NCBI GenBank assembly: GCA_902496295.1
Contig: CABVAF010000002.1
Span: 67,503 to 131,502 of the forward strand
Reading direction: 5' to 3'
DNA: 64,000 nucleotides
Source: an uncultured Clostridium sp.
GTDB lineage: Bacteria > Bacillota > Clostridia > TANB77 > CAG-508
Shown: positions 46,518-56,103 of the stretch, one piece after another
Position numbering within the stretch: position 1 is the stretch's first letter
How the letters are laid out: the number at the start of each line of letters is the position of its first letter
The notes under the pieces: generated by a model
Told to the model about the DNA's origin: nothing
The model's input: only the letters and a program-made list of their open reading frames with translations
Databases searched by the model: none
Made by a program: the position numbers and the translations under genes

Positions 46518-46557
46518 ATACTTTTATAGTTTGCGATTCTAACATCTTACTATTATC

Positions 46558-46980
46558 TTATACTATTGCAAAAGTTAACTCTCCTTTTGCTGCAACTTTT
46601 CCATCAACAGTCGCAATTGCTTCTCCAACGCCAATTGGACCTTTTTGCTTTATAATTTTTACTTCTAATTTTAAAACATCTCCTGGTAAAACTGGCTTCT
46701 TAAAACGTAATTTATCAATTCCACCAAATAATGCATTCTTACCTTTGTTTTCTTCCATAGAAAGAATTGCTACTGCTCCAGTTTGAGCTAATGATTCAAC
46801 TATAAGAACACCTGGCATAATTGGATTACCTGGAAAATGTCCTTCAAAATATGGCTCATTTATGCACACATTTTTATATGCTGTACAGCTTTTACCTGGA
46901 ATTAGTTCTTCTACCTTATCTATCATTAAAATAGGTGGTCTTTGTGGAATTATTTTCATAATTTCGTTTATATCTAACAT
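46558..46980 (-). CDS. fabZ: 3-hydroxyacyl-ACP dehydratase FabZ
   Basis: [19 protein letters not shown] hot-dog active-site motif. Confidence 0.9.
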   Translation of the reverse strand: MLDINEIMKIIPQRPPILMIDKVEELIPGKSCTAYKNVCINEPYFEGHFPGNPIMPGVLIVESLAQTGAVAILSMEENKGKNALFGGIDKLRFKKPVLPGDVLKLEVKIIKQKGPIGVGEAIATVDGKVAAKGELTFAIV

Positions 46981-46995
46981 TTATAATTCTCCTCT

Positions 46996-47490
46996 TTATT
47001 TTAATTTAAATAATACACTTCCGTATTCTACTAAGTCTTCATCATTATAGCATATTTCTGCTATTTCGCCATCTACATCACTTTCTATTTCGTTCATTAA
47101 TTTCATGGCTTCTATAATGCAAAGTACATCTCCTTTTTTTACTTTGTCTCCCACTTTAACAAATGGTTCTGCTGTTGGAGACGCTTTTCCATAAAAAGTT
47201 CCTACCATTGGAGATTTTACTGTTTTATAGTTTTCTTCATTTTTGCTATTGCTTTTTTCAGTAATTTCTTCTTTATTATTTAGATTATTATCTGTATTTT
47301 CAACTACATTTTTTTCCTTGCTTATATTTTGCATAGATGAATTTTCTACTGCGTCATAGTTTAATCCAGCATATACAATTGGACTTTTTCTCATTTTTAC
47401 TTTTGTTCCTTCTGGAAGTTCTATTTCAATTGAATCTAAGCTAGAATTTTCCATATCTTTCATTAAATTTTTTATTTCAGCGTAATCCAT
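46996..47490 (-). CDS. accB: Biotin carboxyl carrier protein
   Basis: C-terminal biotinyl domain with the EAMKLMNEI motif. Confidence 0.9.
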   Translation of the reverse strand: MDYAEIKNLMKDMENSSLDSIEIELPEGTKVKMRKSPIVYAGLNYDAVENSSMQNISKEKNVVENTDNNLNNKEEITEKSNSKNEENYKTVKSPMVGTFYGKASPTAEPFVKVGDKVKKGDVLCIIEAMKLMNEIESDVDGEIAEICYNDEDLVEYGSVLFKLK

Positions 47491-47510
47491 TTAAAAATTT
47501 CCTCCTAAAA

Positions 47511-48749
47511 TTAATCTTCATATTTTTTGAATATAATAGAGCTATTATGTCCGCCAAATCCTAAAGAGTTTGACATTACTACTTTTACATCTGCTTTTCT
47601 TCCTACATTTGGTACTATGTCTAAATCGCATTCTTCATCTTTTACCTTATATCCTATTGTTGCAGGAACAAATCCATCTTCAATTGCTTTTATTGATGCA
47701 ATTGCCTCTACTCCTCCTGCTGCTCCTAGTAAGTGCCCTGTATTTCCTTTTGTTGAACTTACCATTACAGTTTTTGCAGCTTCTCCTAAGGCTGTTTTTA
47801 TTGCCATTGTCTCACATTTATCATTTAAAGGTGTTGATGTACCATGTGCATTAATATATGTAATGTCTTTTGGCTCAATTCCCGCATCTTTTATAGCTGA
47901 AACCATAGCTCTAGCTCCACCTTCTCCTCCTGGAGCTGGTGATGTAATATGATATGCATCAGAACTTGCTCCATATCCAATCATTTCTGCATAAATTTTT
48001 GCTCCTCTTTTTTTAGCATGTTCTAATTCTTCTAGTATAATAATTCCTGCACCTTCGCCCATTACAAATCCGCTTCTTTCTTTATCAAAAGGAATACTTG
48101 CTCTTGTTGGGTCTGTTTCTTGTGTAAGTGCTTTTATGTTAGCAAATCCTGCTATACCTGTTGGAGTTATTGAGCCTTCTGTTCCACCGGCTAATACAGC
48201 ATCTTGATATCCGTGTCTTATCATTCTAAATGCCTCTCCAATTGAATGAGTAGCACTAGCACATGCTGTAACTGCACAATAAGATTCTCCTTTTATTCCT
48301 AAGTCTATTGCTACATTTCCGGCAGCCATATTACAAATTGCCATTGGTATGTACATAGGAGAAACTCTGTCTGGTCCTTTTTCTACTAAAGCTCTATTTT
48401 CTTTTTCTATTGTTCCAAGTCCTCCTATACCAGAACCTAATACAACTCCCATTCTTGTTAAATCTGTATTTTCTTCATTTATTCCGCTATCTTTAAAAGC
48501 TTCTCTTGAAGCTACTATAGCTAATTGTGTAAATCTGTCTAATCTTTTACAACTTCTTTTGTCAAAATAATCTTCTGGATTAAAATTCTTTACTTCCCCT
48601 GCCACATGAACTTTTTGGTCTGTTGTATCAAATGCTGTTATTTCAGCTATACCACATTTACCTTCCTTTAATCCATTCCAAAATTCCTCTGCATTATTTC
48701 CAATAGGTGTTATTGCACCTATACCTGTAACAACAACTCTTCTTTCCAT
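47511..48749 (-). CDS. fabF: 3-oxoacyl-ACP synthase II
   Basis: RVVVTGIGAITPIG, active-site TACASATH, and HGTSTP / GHLLGAAG motifs. Confidence 0.95.
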   Translation of the reverse strand: MERRVVVTGIGAITPIGNNAEEFWNGLKEGKCGIAEITAFDTTDQKVHVAGEVKNFNPEDYFDKRSCKRLDRFTQLAIVASREAFKDSGINEENTDLTRMGVVLGSGIGGLGTIEKENRALVEKGPDRVSPMYIPMAICNMAAGNVAIDLGIKGESYCAVTACASATHSIGEAFRMIRHGYQDAVLAGGTEGSITPTGIAGFANIKALTQETDPTRASIPFDKERSGFVMGEGAGIIILEELEHAKKRGAKIYAEMIGYGASSDAYHITSPAPGGEGGARAMVSAIKDAGIEPKDITYINAHGTSTPLNDKCETMAIKTALGEAAKTVMVSSTKGNTGHLLGAAGGVEAIASIKAIEDGFVPATIGYKVKDEECDLDIVPNVGRKADVKVVMSNSLGFGGHNSSIIFKKYED

Positions 48750-48827
48750 ACTTACTCCTTCTTAACTGAATAAATTATAATCTTATTTAAATATTACTTA
48801 ATAAATTTTATAAACATGTAATTTAAA

Positions 48828-49571
48828 TTACATAAGCATTCCGCCGTCTACATTTAAAACTTGACCTGTTATATATGTATTTTCCTCATTTCCTAAAAAG
48901 TATACTGCTTTTGCAACCTCTTCTGCTGTTCCCATTTTCTTAAGTGGTATTTGTGCATTTATACTTTCTTTAACGCTATCTGAAAGTACATCTGTCATAT
49001 CTGTTTTTATAAATCCTGGTGCTACACAGTTAGCTAAAATATTTCTACTTGCAAGTTCTTTAGCAACAGATTTTGTAAAACCTATAATTCCTGCTTTAGA
49101 AGCAGAATAATTTGCCTGACCAGCATTTCCACTTACTCCAACAACTGAAGATATATTTACAATTTTTCCATATTTCTGTTTCATCATATAAGGAATTACA
49201 TTTTTAGTAACATTGTATGTACCTTTTAAATTAACATTAATTACTTTATCAAAGTCTTCTTCCTTCATTCTCATAAGAAGTCCATCTTTTGTTATACCAG
49301 CATTATTTACAACTACATCAATATGTCCAAACTTTTCAATTGCTTTGTTTATCATGTTTTCACAAGATTCAAAACTTGTAACATCTGCTTGTATAAATAA
49401 AATTTCTATATTTGAATTTCCCTTAATTTTTTCTTCAAGTTCTTTTTCGTCTCCAATATTAGAAACATAGTTTATAACTAAGTTATATCCTTCACTTGCA
49501 AATTTTTCTGCTATTTTCTCTCCTATTCCTCTTGATCCACCTGTTATTAAAGCAACTTTATTATCACTCAT
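48828..49571 (-). CDS. fabG: 3-oxoacyl-ACP reductase
   Basis: TGGSRGIG, NNAG and YSASKAG SDR motifs. Confidence 0.9.
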   Translation of the reverse strand: MSDNKVALITGGSRGIGEKIAEKFASEGYNLVINYVSNIGDEKELEEKIKGNSNIEILFIQADVTSFESCENMINKAIEKFGHIDVVVNNAGITKDGLLMRMKEEDFDKVINVNLKGTYNVTKNVIPYMMKQKYGKIVNISSVVGVSGNAGQANYSASKAGIIGFTKSVAKELASRNILANCVAPGFIKTDMTDVLSDSVKESINAQIPLKKMGTAEEVAKAVYFLGNEENTYITGQVLNVDGGMLM

Positions 49572-49685
49572 TGTTTACCTCTCCTAATCTTTTTATAATT
49601 TCAAATTTTCTAATTAAAATTTCATATTATTTTTTTAAGCTTTTAAATTTTAGTCATTTACCTTTTTTATTTTAATGTTCACAAA

Positions 49686-50624
49686 TTATAATTCTGTTTT
49701 CAACTCTAAAAACTTATTTAAACTATCTAAATTGTTAAGAGTATATACTTCTGCATTTTCTAATTCTCTTTTTACAAATCCTGATAAAGCCTTTCCTGGT
49801 CCTATTTCCACATATGTATCAATTTCTCTATTATTCATTAATTCTATTGCTTTATCAAATCTTACTGGACTTATTATATGTTTTGCTAATATTTCTTTTA
49901 TATTGTCCTCTTTTGAATATATGCTTCCATCTATATTTTTTATAACATCTATTCTAGGCTCATTAAATTTTACATTTTCTAAACATTTTGCAAATTCTTC
50001 ACTTGCTTTTTGTAGTTTTATTGTGTGGAATGGTCCTCCTGTTTTTAGTTTTATTACTTTTTTAGCACCTTTTTCTTTAAATACTTCCATGCATTTTTCT
50101 ACTGCTTCTTCATTACCAGATATAACTATTTGTCCTGAATAATTATAATTTGCCGGAACCACAAAATTTCCTTCTTGCATTTCCTTTTTACAAATTTCTT
50201 CAATTACATTTGCATTTAAGCCAATTACAGCTGCCATAGCATAATTTTCATTTGGTACTAAATTCCCCATTAAATAGCCTCTTTGTTTTAAAAGTTTCAT
50301 TCCATCTTCGATGTTAAGAATTCCTGAATACATTAAAGCTACATACTCTCCCAAACTTAGACCTGTTGCTATTTCTGCTTTTATTCCACGTTTTTCTAGT
50401 ATTGCTAGTATAGATAAACTCATTGTAGCTATTGCTATTTGTGTATTTTCTGTTTTACTTAATTCTTCCATTGTAGATTCAAAACACAATTTACACATAT
50501 CAATATCTAAAATTTTGCTTACATTATTATAAATTTCTCTTGCCTCTTCATAATTATCGTAAATATCTTTTCCCATTCCTGCAACTTGTGAACCTTGCCC
50601 AGGAAACATAAATGCTAATTTCAT
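49686..50624 (-). CDS. fabD: Malonyl-CoA:ACP transacylase
   Basis: FMFPGQGSQ and GLSLGEY motifs. ATG at 50624 follows AAGGAG by 9 nt (the track start at 50633 is a TTG inside the RBS). Confidence 0.9.
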   Translation of the reverse strand: MKLAFMFPGQGSQVAGMGKDIYDNYEEAREIYNNVSKILDIDMCKLCFESTMEELSKTENTQIAIATMSLSILAILEKRGIKAEIATGLSLGEYVALMYSGILNIEDGMKLLKQRGYLMGNLVPNENYAMAAVIGLNANVIEEICKKEMQEGNFVVPANYNYSGQIVISGNEEAVEKCMEVFKEKGAKKVIKLKTGGPFHTIKLQKASEEFAKCLENVKFNEPRIDVIKNIDGSIYSKEDNIKEILAKHIISPVRFDKAIELMNNREIDTYVEIGPGKALSGFVKRELENAEVYTLNNLDSLNKFLELKTEL

Positions 50625-50661
50625 ATAGTTCAACTCCTTATATAATGTTTTTTATTACTTA

Positions 50662-51597
50662 TTATATTTCAAGTAAAATACTTGCTGTATTTAATCCTCC
50701 ACCATATCCTATTAAAATAACTTTATCTCCTTCTTTTAGCATTTTCTTTTCATACATTTGTGTTAGTGCAATTGGTATACTTGCACAAAACGTATTTCCA
50801 ACTTCAGCTATATTCATATATAATTTATCAATAGTTACATCTAATTTTGCTACCATTGATTTCATTATCTTAACATTTGATTGATGTGGAATTATATATT
50901 TTATATCTTCTAACTTCACATTGCTTTCTAATAATAATTCTTCAATATTTTTTACTGTTTCTGTTACTGCATATTTATATACTGCTTTTCCATCCATTTT
51001 TATTTTTTCATAGGTTTTATATGTTAATATTTCTCCATTTTTCCCGTCACTTTGTATATAAGAAGAATATATTTTATTATTTTTAGTTCTTTTTATTATC
51101 GTTGCACCTGCACCATCTGATAATATAATTTTTGTATTTATATCATTGTTATCAGTGCACTCTGATAGTGCGTCAACCCCAACTATTAAAGCTGTTTCTA
51201 CTTTTCTTGTGCCTATATACATTTTTGCTATATCAAATGCATTAATATAACCTGCACATCCTGCAAGTATATCTAAACATATGCACTTTTCTATATTAAG
51301 TTCTTTTTGTATGTAATATGAAATTCCTGGCATTAATGTATTTGTGGATGTTGTTGCTACTATAACTAATTCAATATCGTTTGCAGATATTTTAGAGTCT
51401 TCTATTGCCATTTTAGAAGCTTTTAATGCCATTTCACATATATTTTCATTTTCTTTATAATATCTCGTATTTATTCCCGTTCTTTTTAATATATATCCTT
51501 CTTCTACATTAAACTTTTCTTCTAACTCTTTATTTCCGATTTTTAATGCTGGCAGATATAGTCCATTTCCTATTATTTGTATGTTTTCCATATTCAC
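50662..51597 (-). CDS. fabH: 3-oxoacyl-ACP synthase III
   Basis: Active-site Cys context LAGCAGY, plus PHQSN and GGGLN motifs. Confidence 0.9.
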   Translation of the reverse strand: MNMENIQIIGNGLYLPALKIGNKELEEKFNVEEGYILKRTGINTRYYKENENICEMALKASKMAIEDSKISANDIELVIVATTSTNTLMPGISYYIQKELNIEKCICLDILAGCAGYINAFDIAKMYIGTRKVETALIVGVDALSECTDNNDINTKIILSDGAGATIIKRTKNNKIYSSYIQSDGKNGEILTYKTYEKIKMDGKAVYKYAVTETVKNIEELLLESNVKLEDIKYIIPHQSNVKIMKSMVAKLDVTIDKLYMNIAEVGNTFCASIPIALTQMYEKKMLKEGDKVILIGYGGGLNTASILLEI

Positions 51598-51635
51598 CTC
51601 ATAATCTTTAGTATTTTACATTATTTATAGTAAAA

Positions 51636-51657
51636 AGTCTATTAGACTGACCGGTCA
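51636..51657. promoter_or_regulatory. Twin perfect palindromes upstream of fabH (candidate operator)
   Basis: AGTCTA-T-TAGACT (51636-51648) abutting TGACCGGTCA (51648-57). The loops are too short for RNA hairpins. Confidence 0.35.
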
Positions 51658-51681
51658 AAAAATGATGTATTCCACTTATAT

Positions 51682-52269
51682 TTAAAATATTTTGGTATTA
51701 TCTTTTAAGCTTTTCTCCAATTTTTCTAAAATTTTAGATATAATTTCCTCTCTTTCAAACTCAGTATTAAAATCTTTTTTCAATGATGTTGCAATATTTA
51801 AAATTTCATTATTAAATTCTACCTGATTAACATTAAATCCAATTCCTACTAGTACATAACATACTTTTTCTTCTAAAGTAACACTTTGAGTTAAAATGCC
51901 ACAGATTTTTTTGCCATTTAGCATCACATCGTTTGGCATTTTTACTTCTAATTTATATCCATATAATTCATATATAGCCAAAACAATTGCCTTTGCTATT
52001 TCTACTGTAAGTCCTTCTAGATTTTCAGCATTGCAATTAGGATAAATAACAAATGACATTGTAATATTTTTCTCTCTTTCTGTAGACCAAGTCCTTCCTT
52101 TTGTACCTTTTCCTTTTATTTGATTGTCTGTAATTACCAACGTACCATTTTGGGCATGTTCCTCTGCTAGTTTTCGTACTATATCTTGTGTAGAATCAAT
52201 TTCACTATAATATATTACATTCTTTCCTAAAAACTTTGTATTTGAATTTTTTATTTTTTCTATATTCAT
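51682..52269 (-). CDS. birA: Biotin-protein ligase family protein (short, no HTH domain)
   Basis: GKGTKGRTW motif of BPL catalytic domains. ATG at 52269 is preceded by AGGGAGAAATA. About 195 aa, with no DNA-binding or obvious C-terminal domain. Confidence 0.65.
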   Translation of the reverse strand: MNIEKIKNSNTKFLGKNVIYYSEIDSTQDIVRKLAEEHAQNGTLVITDNQIKGKGTKGRTWSTEREKNITMSFVIYPNCNAENLEGLTVEIAKAIVLAIYELYGYKLEVKMPNDVMLNGKKICGILTQSVTLEEKVCYVLVGIGFNVNQVEFNNEILNIATSLKKDFNTEFEREEIISKILEKLEKSLKDNTKIF

Positions 52270-52448
52270 TATTTCTCCCTTTCTAAACTTGTAATATAAT
52301 ACCAAACTGTAATAATAAAATCAAATTTTATAATACTTGGTCAATTTTTCATTAATATGTAAAAAACTGTTTGAGTTTGTCTAATTTTGTGTTATAATAT
52401 TTATAAATTTTAACTAACTTATGAAAAATTGAAAGGAATGAAGATAAT

Positions 52449-52694
52449 ATGAATTTTAACAAATGCTGTCGTTGTGGCTGTTTTTATCTTAGTAATTCTC
52501 ATGTTTGCCCTAATTGCGAACAAAAAGATTTAAGTGATATTTCTACTTTAAAAAATTATTTTAACGAAAACGGACTACCAAATTCTATAGAAAGTCTTTC
52601 TAATTACACAGGTATTTCGCAAAGAAATGTAAATAGATTAATTAACGAAAATAAAGAATTAACTAATTTATATGGAAAAGATTTTAATTTATAA
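52449..52694 (+). CDS. Small zinc-ribbon plus HTH-like protein (YvyF/TIGR03826-like pattern)
   Basis: CCRCG...CPNC ribbon followed by SNYTGISQRNVNRLI. Family assignment is from memory only. Confidence 0.35.
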   Translation: MNFNKCCRCGCFYLSNSHVCPNCEQKDLSDISTLKNYFNENGLPNSIESLSNYTGISQRNVNRLINENKELTNLYGKDFNL

Positions 52695-52831
52695 AATACC
52701 TATTATAGAAATTACTAAATATTTATAATTCATTATAAAAAATATTATGCCTGTAATAATTATAAAAATAGTTGACTACATTTATATGTAATCAACTATT
52801 TTTTATTTTACCCTTTTTCGTTTTATATTTT

Positions 52832-54088
52832 TTAAATTATTTCATATACATTTCTTAAATCTATAACTGCTTTTTCCGCAAGTTCTTCATTGTTTCCATG
52901 TACATATGCTAAAACCTCTCCAATTCCAACACCATCTCCAACTTTTTTGTTTAATTCAATTCCAACTTCTTTTACTATGTCATCTTCTTTTCGCACTCTT
53001 CCAGCCCCTAAATACATGGCTATTTTCCCTACCATTTCTGCATTAAGTGTACTTACTGTTCCACTTTTAGTAGCTATTACAGGCAATATATATTTTGCTT
53101 TTGGGAATTTTTCTACATCTTCAATATAAGAAACATCTCCACATTGCTTTTGTACTAATTCTTTAAACTTATTTAGAGCCTCTCCATTTTCAATTTGTCT
53201 TAACATTTTTTCTTTGTTTTCTTCTATATTATCACCTTTTCCTGCAAGTTTAATCATATTTGCTCCTAATAATAGAACAACTTCTTTTACATCTTCTTGC
53301 CATTTGCCATTAAGCGCCTCTATTGCTTCTATTACTTCTAATGTATTTCCTACATATTTTCCTAACGGTTGGTCCATAGCTGTTATAATAGAAACAGTCT
53401 CTCTATTAGCTAGTTTTCCTATATTCTCCATTGTATCTGCCAATTTTTTTGCGTCTTCTTTTGTCTTCATAAAAGCTCCGCTTCCACATGTTACATCTAA
53501 TACTATTTTATCTGCACCAGATGCAATTTTTTTGCTCATTATGCTAGACGCAATTAACGGTATACTTTCTACACAATTTATACTATCTCTTAGCGCATAT
53601 AATTTTTTATCTGCTGGTGCTAAGTTTGCAGTTTGAGTAATTAAACTAATTCCTATTTCCTTAACATTTTGAATAAACTGTTTTTCTTCTAAGCTCACAT
53701 TATATCCTGGTATAGCTTCTAGTTTGTCTGCTGTTCCTCCTGTATACCCCAAACCTCTTCCAGACATTTTTGCAACTGGAATTCCTAAGGAAGCAATAAT
53801 TGGTGCTAAGATTAAAGTAACTTTATCTCCTATTCCTCCTGTACTATGCTTATCTACTACTATTCCAAGCTCAGACAAATCTAAAACATCTCCTGAACTT
53901 GCCATTGCTAAAGTTAAATTGGTTATTTCTTCTTCATCCATTCCATTAATATAAATTGCCATAATAAGTGCTGCTGCTTGATAATCGGTTATTTCTCCAT
54001 TTGTATAACTTTTTACGAAATAGTCAATTTGTTCTTTAGTTAATTTTCCACTATCTCTTTTAACTTCTATTACATCTTGAATATTCAA
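52832..54088 (-). CDS. pdp: Pyrimidine-nucleoside (thymidine) phosphorylase
   Basis: DKHSTGGIGDK and SGRGLGYTGGT motifs. 418 aa. Confidence 0.9.
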   Translation of the reverse strand: MNIQDVIEVKRDSGKLTKEQIDYFVKSYTNGEITDYQAAALIMAIYINGMDEEEITNLTLAMASSGDVLDLSELGIVVDKHSTGGIGDKVTLILAPIIASLGIPVAKMSGRGLGYTGGTADKLEAIPGYNVSLEEKQFIQNVKEIGISLITQTANLAPADKKLYALRDSINCVESIPLIASSIMSKKIASGADKIVLDVTCGSGAFMKTKEDAKKLADTMENIGKLANRETVSIITAMDQPLGKYVGNTLEVIEAIEALNGKWQEDVKEVVLLLGANMIKLAGKGDNIEENKEKMLRQIENGEALNKFKELVQKQCGDVSYIEDVEKFPKAKYILPVIATKSGTVSTLNAEMVGKIAMYLGAGRVRKEDDIVKEVGIELNKKVGDGVGIGEVLAYVHGNNEELAEKAVIDLRNVYEII

Positions 54089-54687
54089 TCTAATATTCCT
54101 CCCAATTCATTTATAAGATTTTTATAATTTGTATATAGAATTCCTCTCATTCCAAGTTCATTTGCTTTTTCTACATTTCTTAATTTATCATCTATAAAAA
54201 TACATTCATTTGGTTTTAAACTGTATTTAGAAAATAGTAAATCATATATTTTTTTATTTGGTTTTCCTATATGTGCTTCATAAGAATATACTCCGCCTTT
54301 TGTATCTTCAACAAAATTATAAATTTCTTTAAAGCTCTCCATTGTTTCTTTTGTTATATTAGAAAGCAAATATATATTATATTTATTTGATAGTTCATTT
54401 AACAATTTTGTATTTTCCTTTATTTGATATGTAATATACTCCGTATTTTCTTTAAGAAGTAATAATTTATATTCATCAGAAAATTCTGGATTGTTTTTAA
54501 TTAGATTATCCAATATTTCTTTATTTTGTATATTACCATCTAAATATTCTCTCCATTCTTTTGTATGAACTAATATATCATGTGCTTTATTTAAATTATC
54601 AACAGATATATTATTTTTAACTGCATAATTATTTGGATTATAGCCTACTAAAACCGCTCCAATATCAAATACAATATTTTTTATCAT
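54085..54687 (-). CDS. HAD-superfamily hydrolase
   Basis: Motif I VFDIGAVL and distal IFIDDKLRNV motif. 4-nt overlap with pdp. Confidence 0.7.
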   Translation of the reverse strand: MIKNIVFDIGAVLVGYNPNNYAVKNNISVDNLNKAHDILVHTKEWREYLDGNIQNKEILDNLIKNNPEFSDEYKLLLLKENTEYITYQIKENTKLLNELSNKYNIYLLSNITKETMESFKEIYNFVEDTKGGVYSYEAHIGKPNKKIYDLLFSKYSLKPNECIFIDDKLRNVEKANELGMRGILYTNYKNLINELGGILD

Positions 54688-54732
54688 ATATTTCTCGCAT
54701 AATGAAAATATAACATTATACGAATCTCCTTT

Positions 54733-55392
54733 CTATTTTATAAAATTTTTAACAAAACTTAGTCTATGAAGTGGGCATATTCCATATTCTTTTATCGCTT
54801 GTATATGTGCTGCTGTTCCATAGCCTTTATGTTTTGCAAAACCATATTGAGGATATATTTCATCCCACTGTCTCATAATTCTATCCCTTGTAACTTTTGC
54901 TATAATTGATGCTGCTGCTATTGAATAACTAAGTGCATCACCATGTATAATAGATTTATACGGAATACTGTCTGTATCTATTTTTGTTAATGCATCTACA
55001 AAAATTACATCTGGTTTTGTATAACCACTACCATTTTCTTGTAAATTTTTTTCTAACTCTTTAATGCTACGTGTAAGTCCTTCTTTTGTTGCATTTAATA
55101 TATTAATTTCGTCTATTTCCTTTTGGTCTATTATTCCTACTCCATAACCTATTGCTTCTTCTAAAATTAGGTCATATAACTTTTCTCTCTTTTTTTCTGA
55201 TACTTTTTTAGAGTCATTTACACCTTCTATAAAAGAATTTTCTGGCATAATAACAGATGCAACAACTACTGGTCCTGCCAATGGCCCACGTCCTGCTTCA
55301 TCAATTCCTGCAATTAATTTTAATCCTTTTTTATAAAACTCTCTATCTATTTTTTTTAATTCATTTAACCTTGCTTCTTCTTTTTCTTTCAT
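54733..55392 (-). CDS. rnhB: Ribonuclease HII
   Basis: GIDEAGRGPLAGPVV and DSKK motifs. Confidence 0.9.
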   Translation of the reverse strand: MKEKEEARLNELKKIDREFYKKGLKLIAGIDEAGRGPLAGPVVVASVIMPENSFIEGVNDSKKVSEKKREKLYDLILEEAIGYGVGIIDQKEIDEINILNATKEGLTRSIKELEKNLQENGSGYTKPDVIFVDALTKIDTDSIPYKSIIHGDALSYSIAAASIIAKVTRDRIMRQWDEIYPQYGFAKHKGYGTAAHIQAIKEYGICPLHRLSFVKNFIK

Positions 55393-55452
55393 TTTATATA
55401 CCTTCCTAGTTTTTACATTTTAATCACAGCAAAATAATAGAAGTTATAAGCA

Positions 55453-55935
55453 TTAATTTTCCAATTTTTCTATATCTGATAACTTATAATATATTTGACC
55501 ATCTGTTGCCTCATACCCTTTAGTTGTAATTATGTCATTCTTTTTATAATCAACTATATAATACATTCCATCTTCTTGTTTTATATTATTTAATTCTAAA
55601 TCTTTTAAATCTTGCTCATTTAATACATAGAAATCACTTTCTTCTGATTCTATATCAATTATTTGCTTTTCTAAAAAGGATTTTATTATTTCGTCTTCTT
55701 TCATGTCTGCAATTTTAGTTCCAGTTAGCTTTGCATCTTTCTCTTTCATTTCTACGTGCTGGGAAACTATATCTGTTTTTCCCTGTATTAATAATAAATT
55801 TGTCTTTAATGTCGCTAATCCTTCTTTAGATATTTGCATTCTTGCAAAGTAAATAACAGCAAATACTATTATTGCTATTAAGATTATTATAAATATCATT
55901 GCTATATATGTTAGTCCATTTTCTTTTTTTAACAT
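55453..55935 (-). CDS. Small membrane-anchored protein with a weakly prepilin-like N-terminus
   Basis: MLKKENG|LTYIAMIFIIILIAIIVF: basic leader, Gly, hydrophobic helix, but no acidic +5 and far from the pil operon. Confidence 0.35.
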   Translation of the reverse strand: MLKKENGLTYIAMIFIIILIAIIVFAVIYFARMQISKEGLATLKTNLLLIQGKTDIVSQHVEMKEKDAKLTGTKIADMKEDEIIKSFLEKQIIDIESEESDFYVLNEQDLKDLELNNIKQEDGMYYIVDYKKNDIITTKGYEATDGQIYYKLSDIEKLEN

Positions 55936-56103
55936 TGCTATTCCTCACTTAATAAAATTTAAACTTCTTTATATTATACATATATCCTGAATTTTTTTCA
56001 ATATTGTCACATTTTTTTCACAAAACTATTGTATGATATAATTGTTTTAGGATAATATATTTATAATAAATTACTTGATAGAAATATCAAGAAAGGAGAA
56101 CTT

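Noticed and set aside
46484-46786. 100-aa plus-strand ORF beginning inside the orphan-gene terminator and running antisense into fabZ
   Set aside because: It starts within a terminator hairpin, has no SD, and overlaps the conserved fabZ on the opposite strand.
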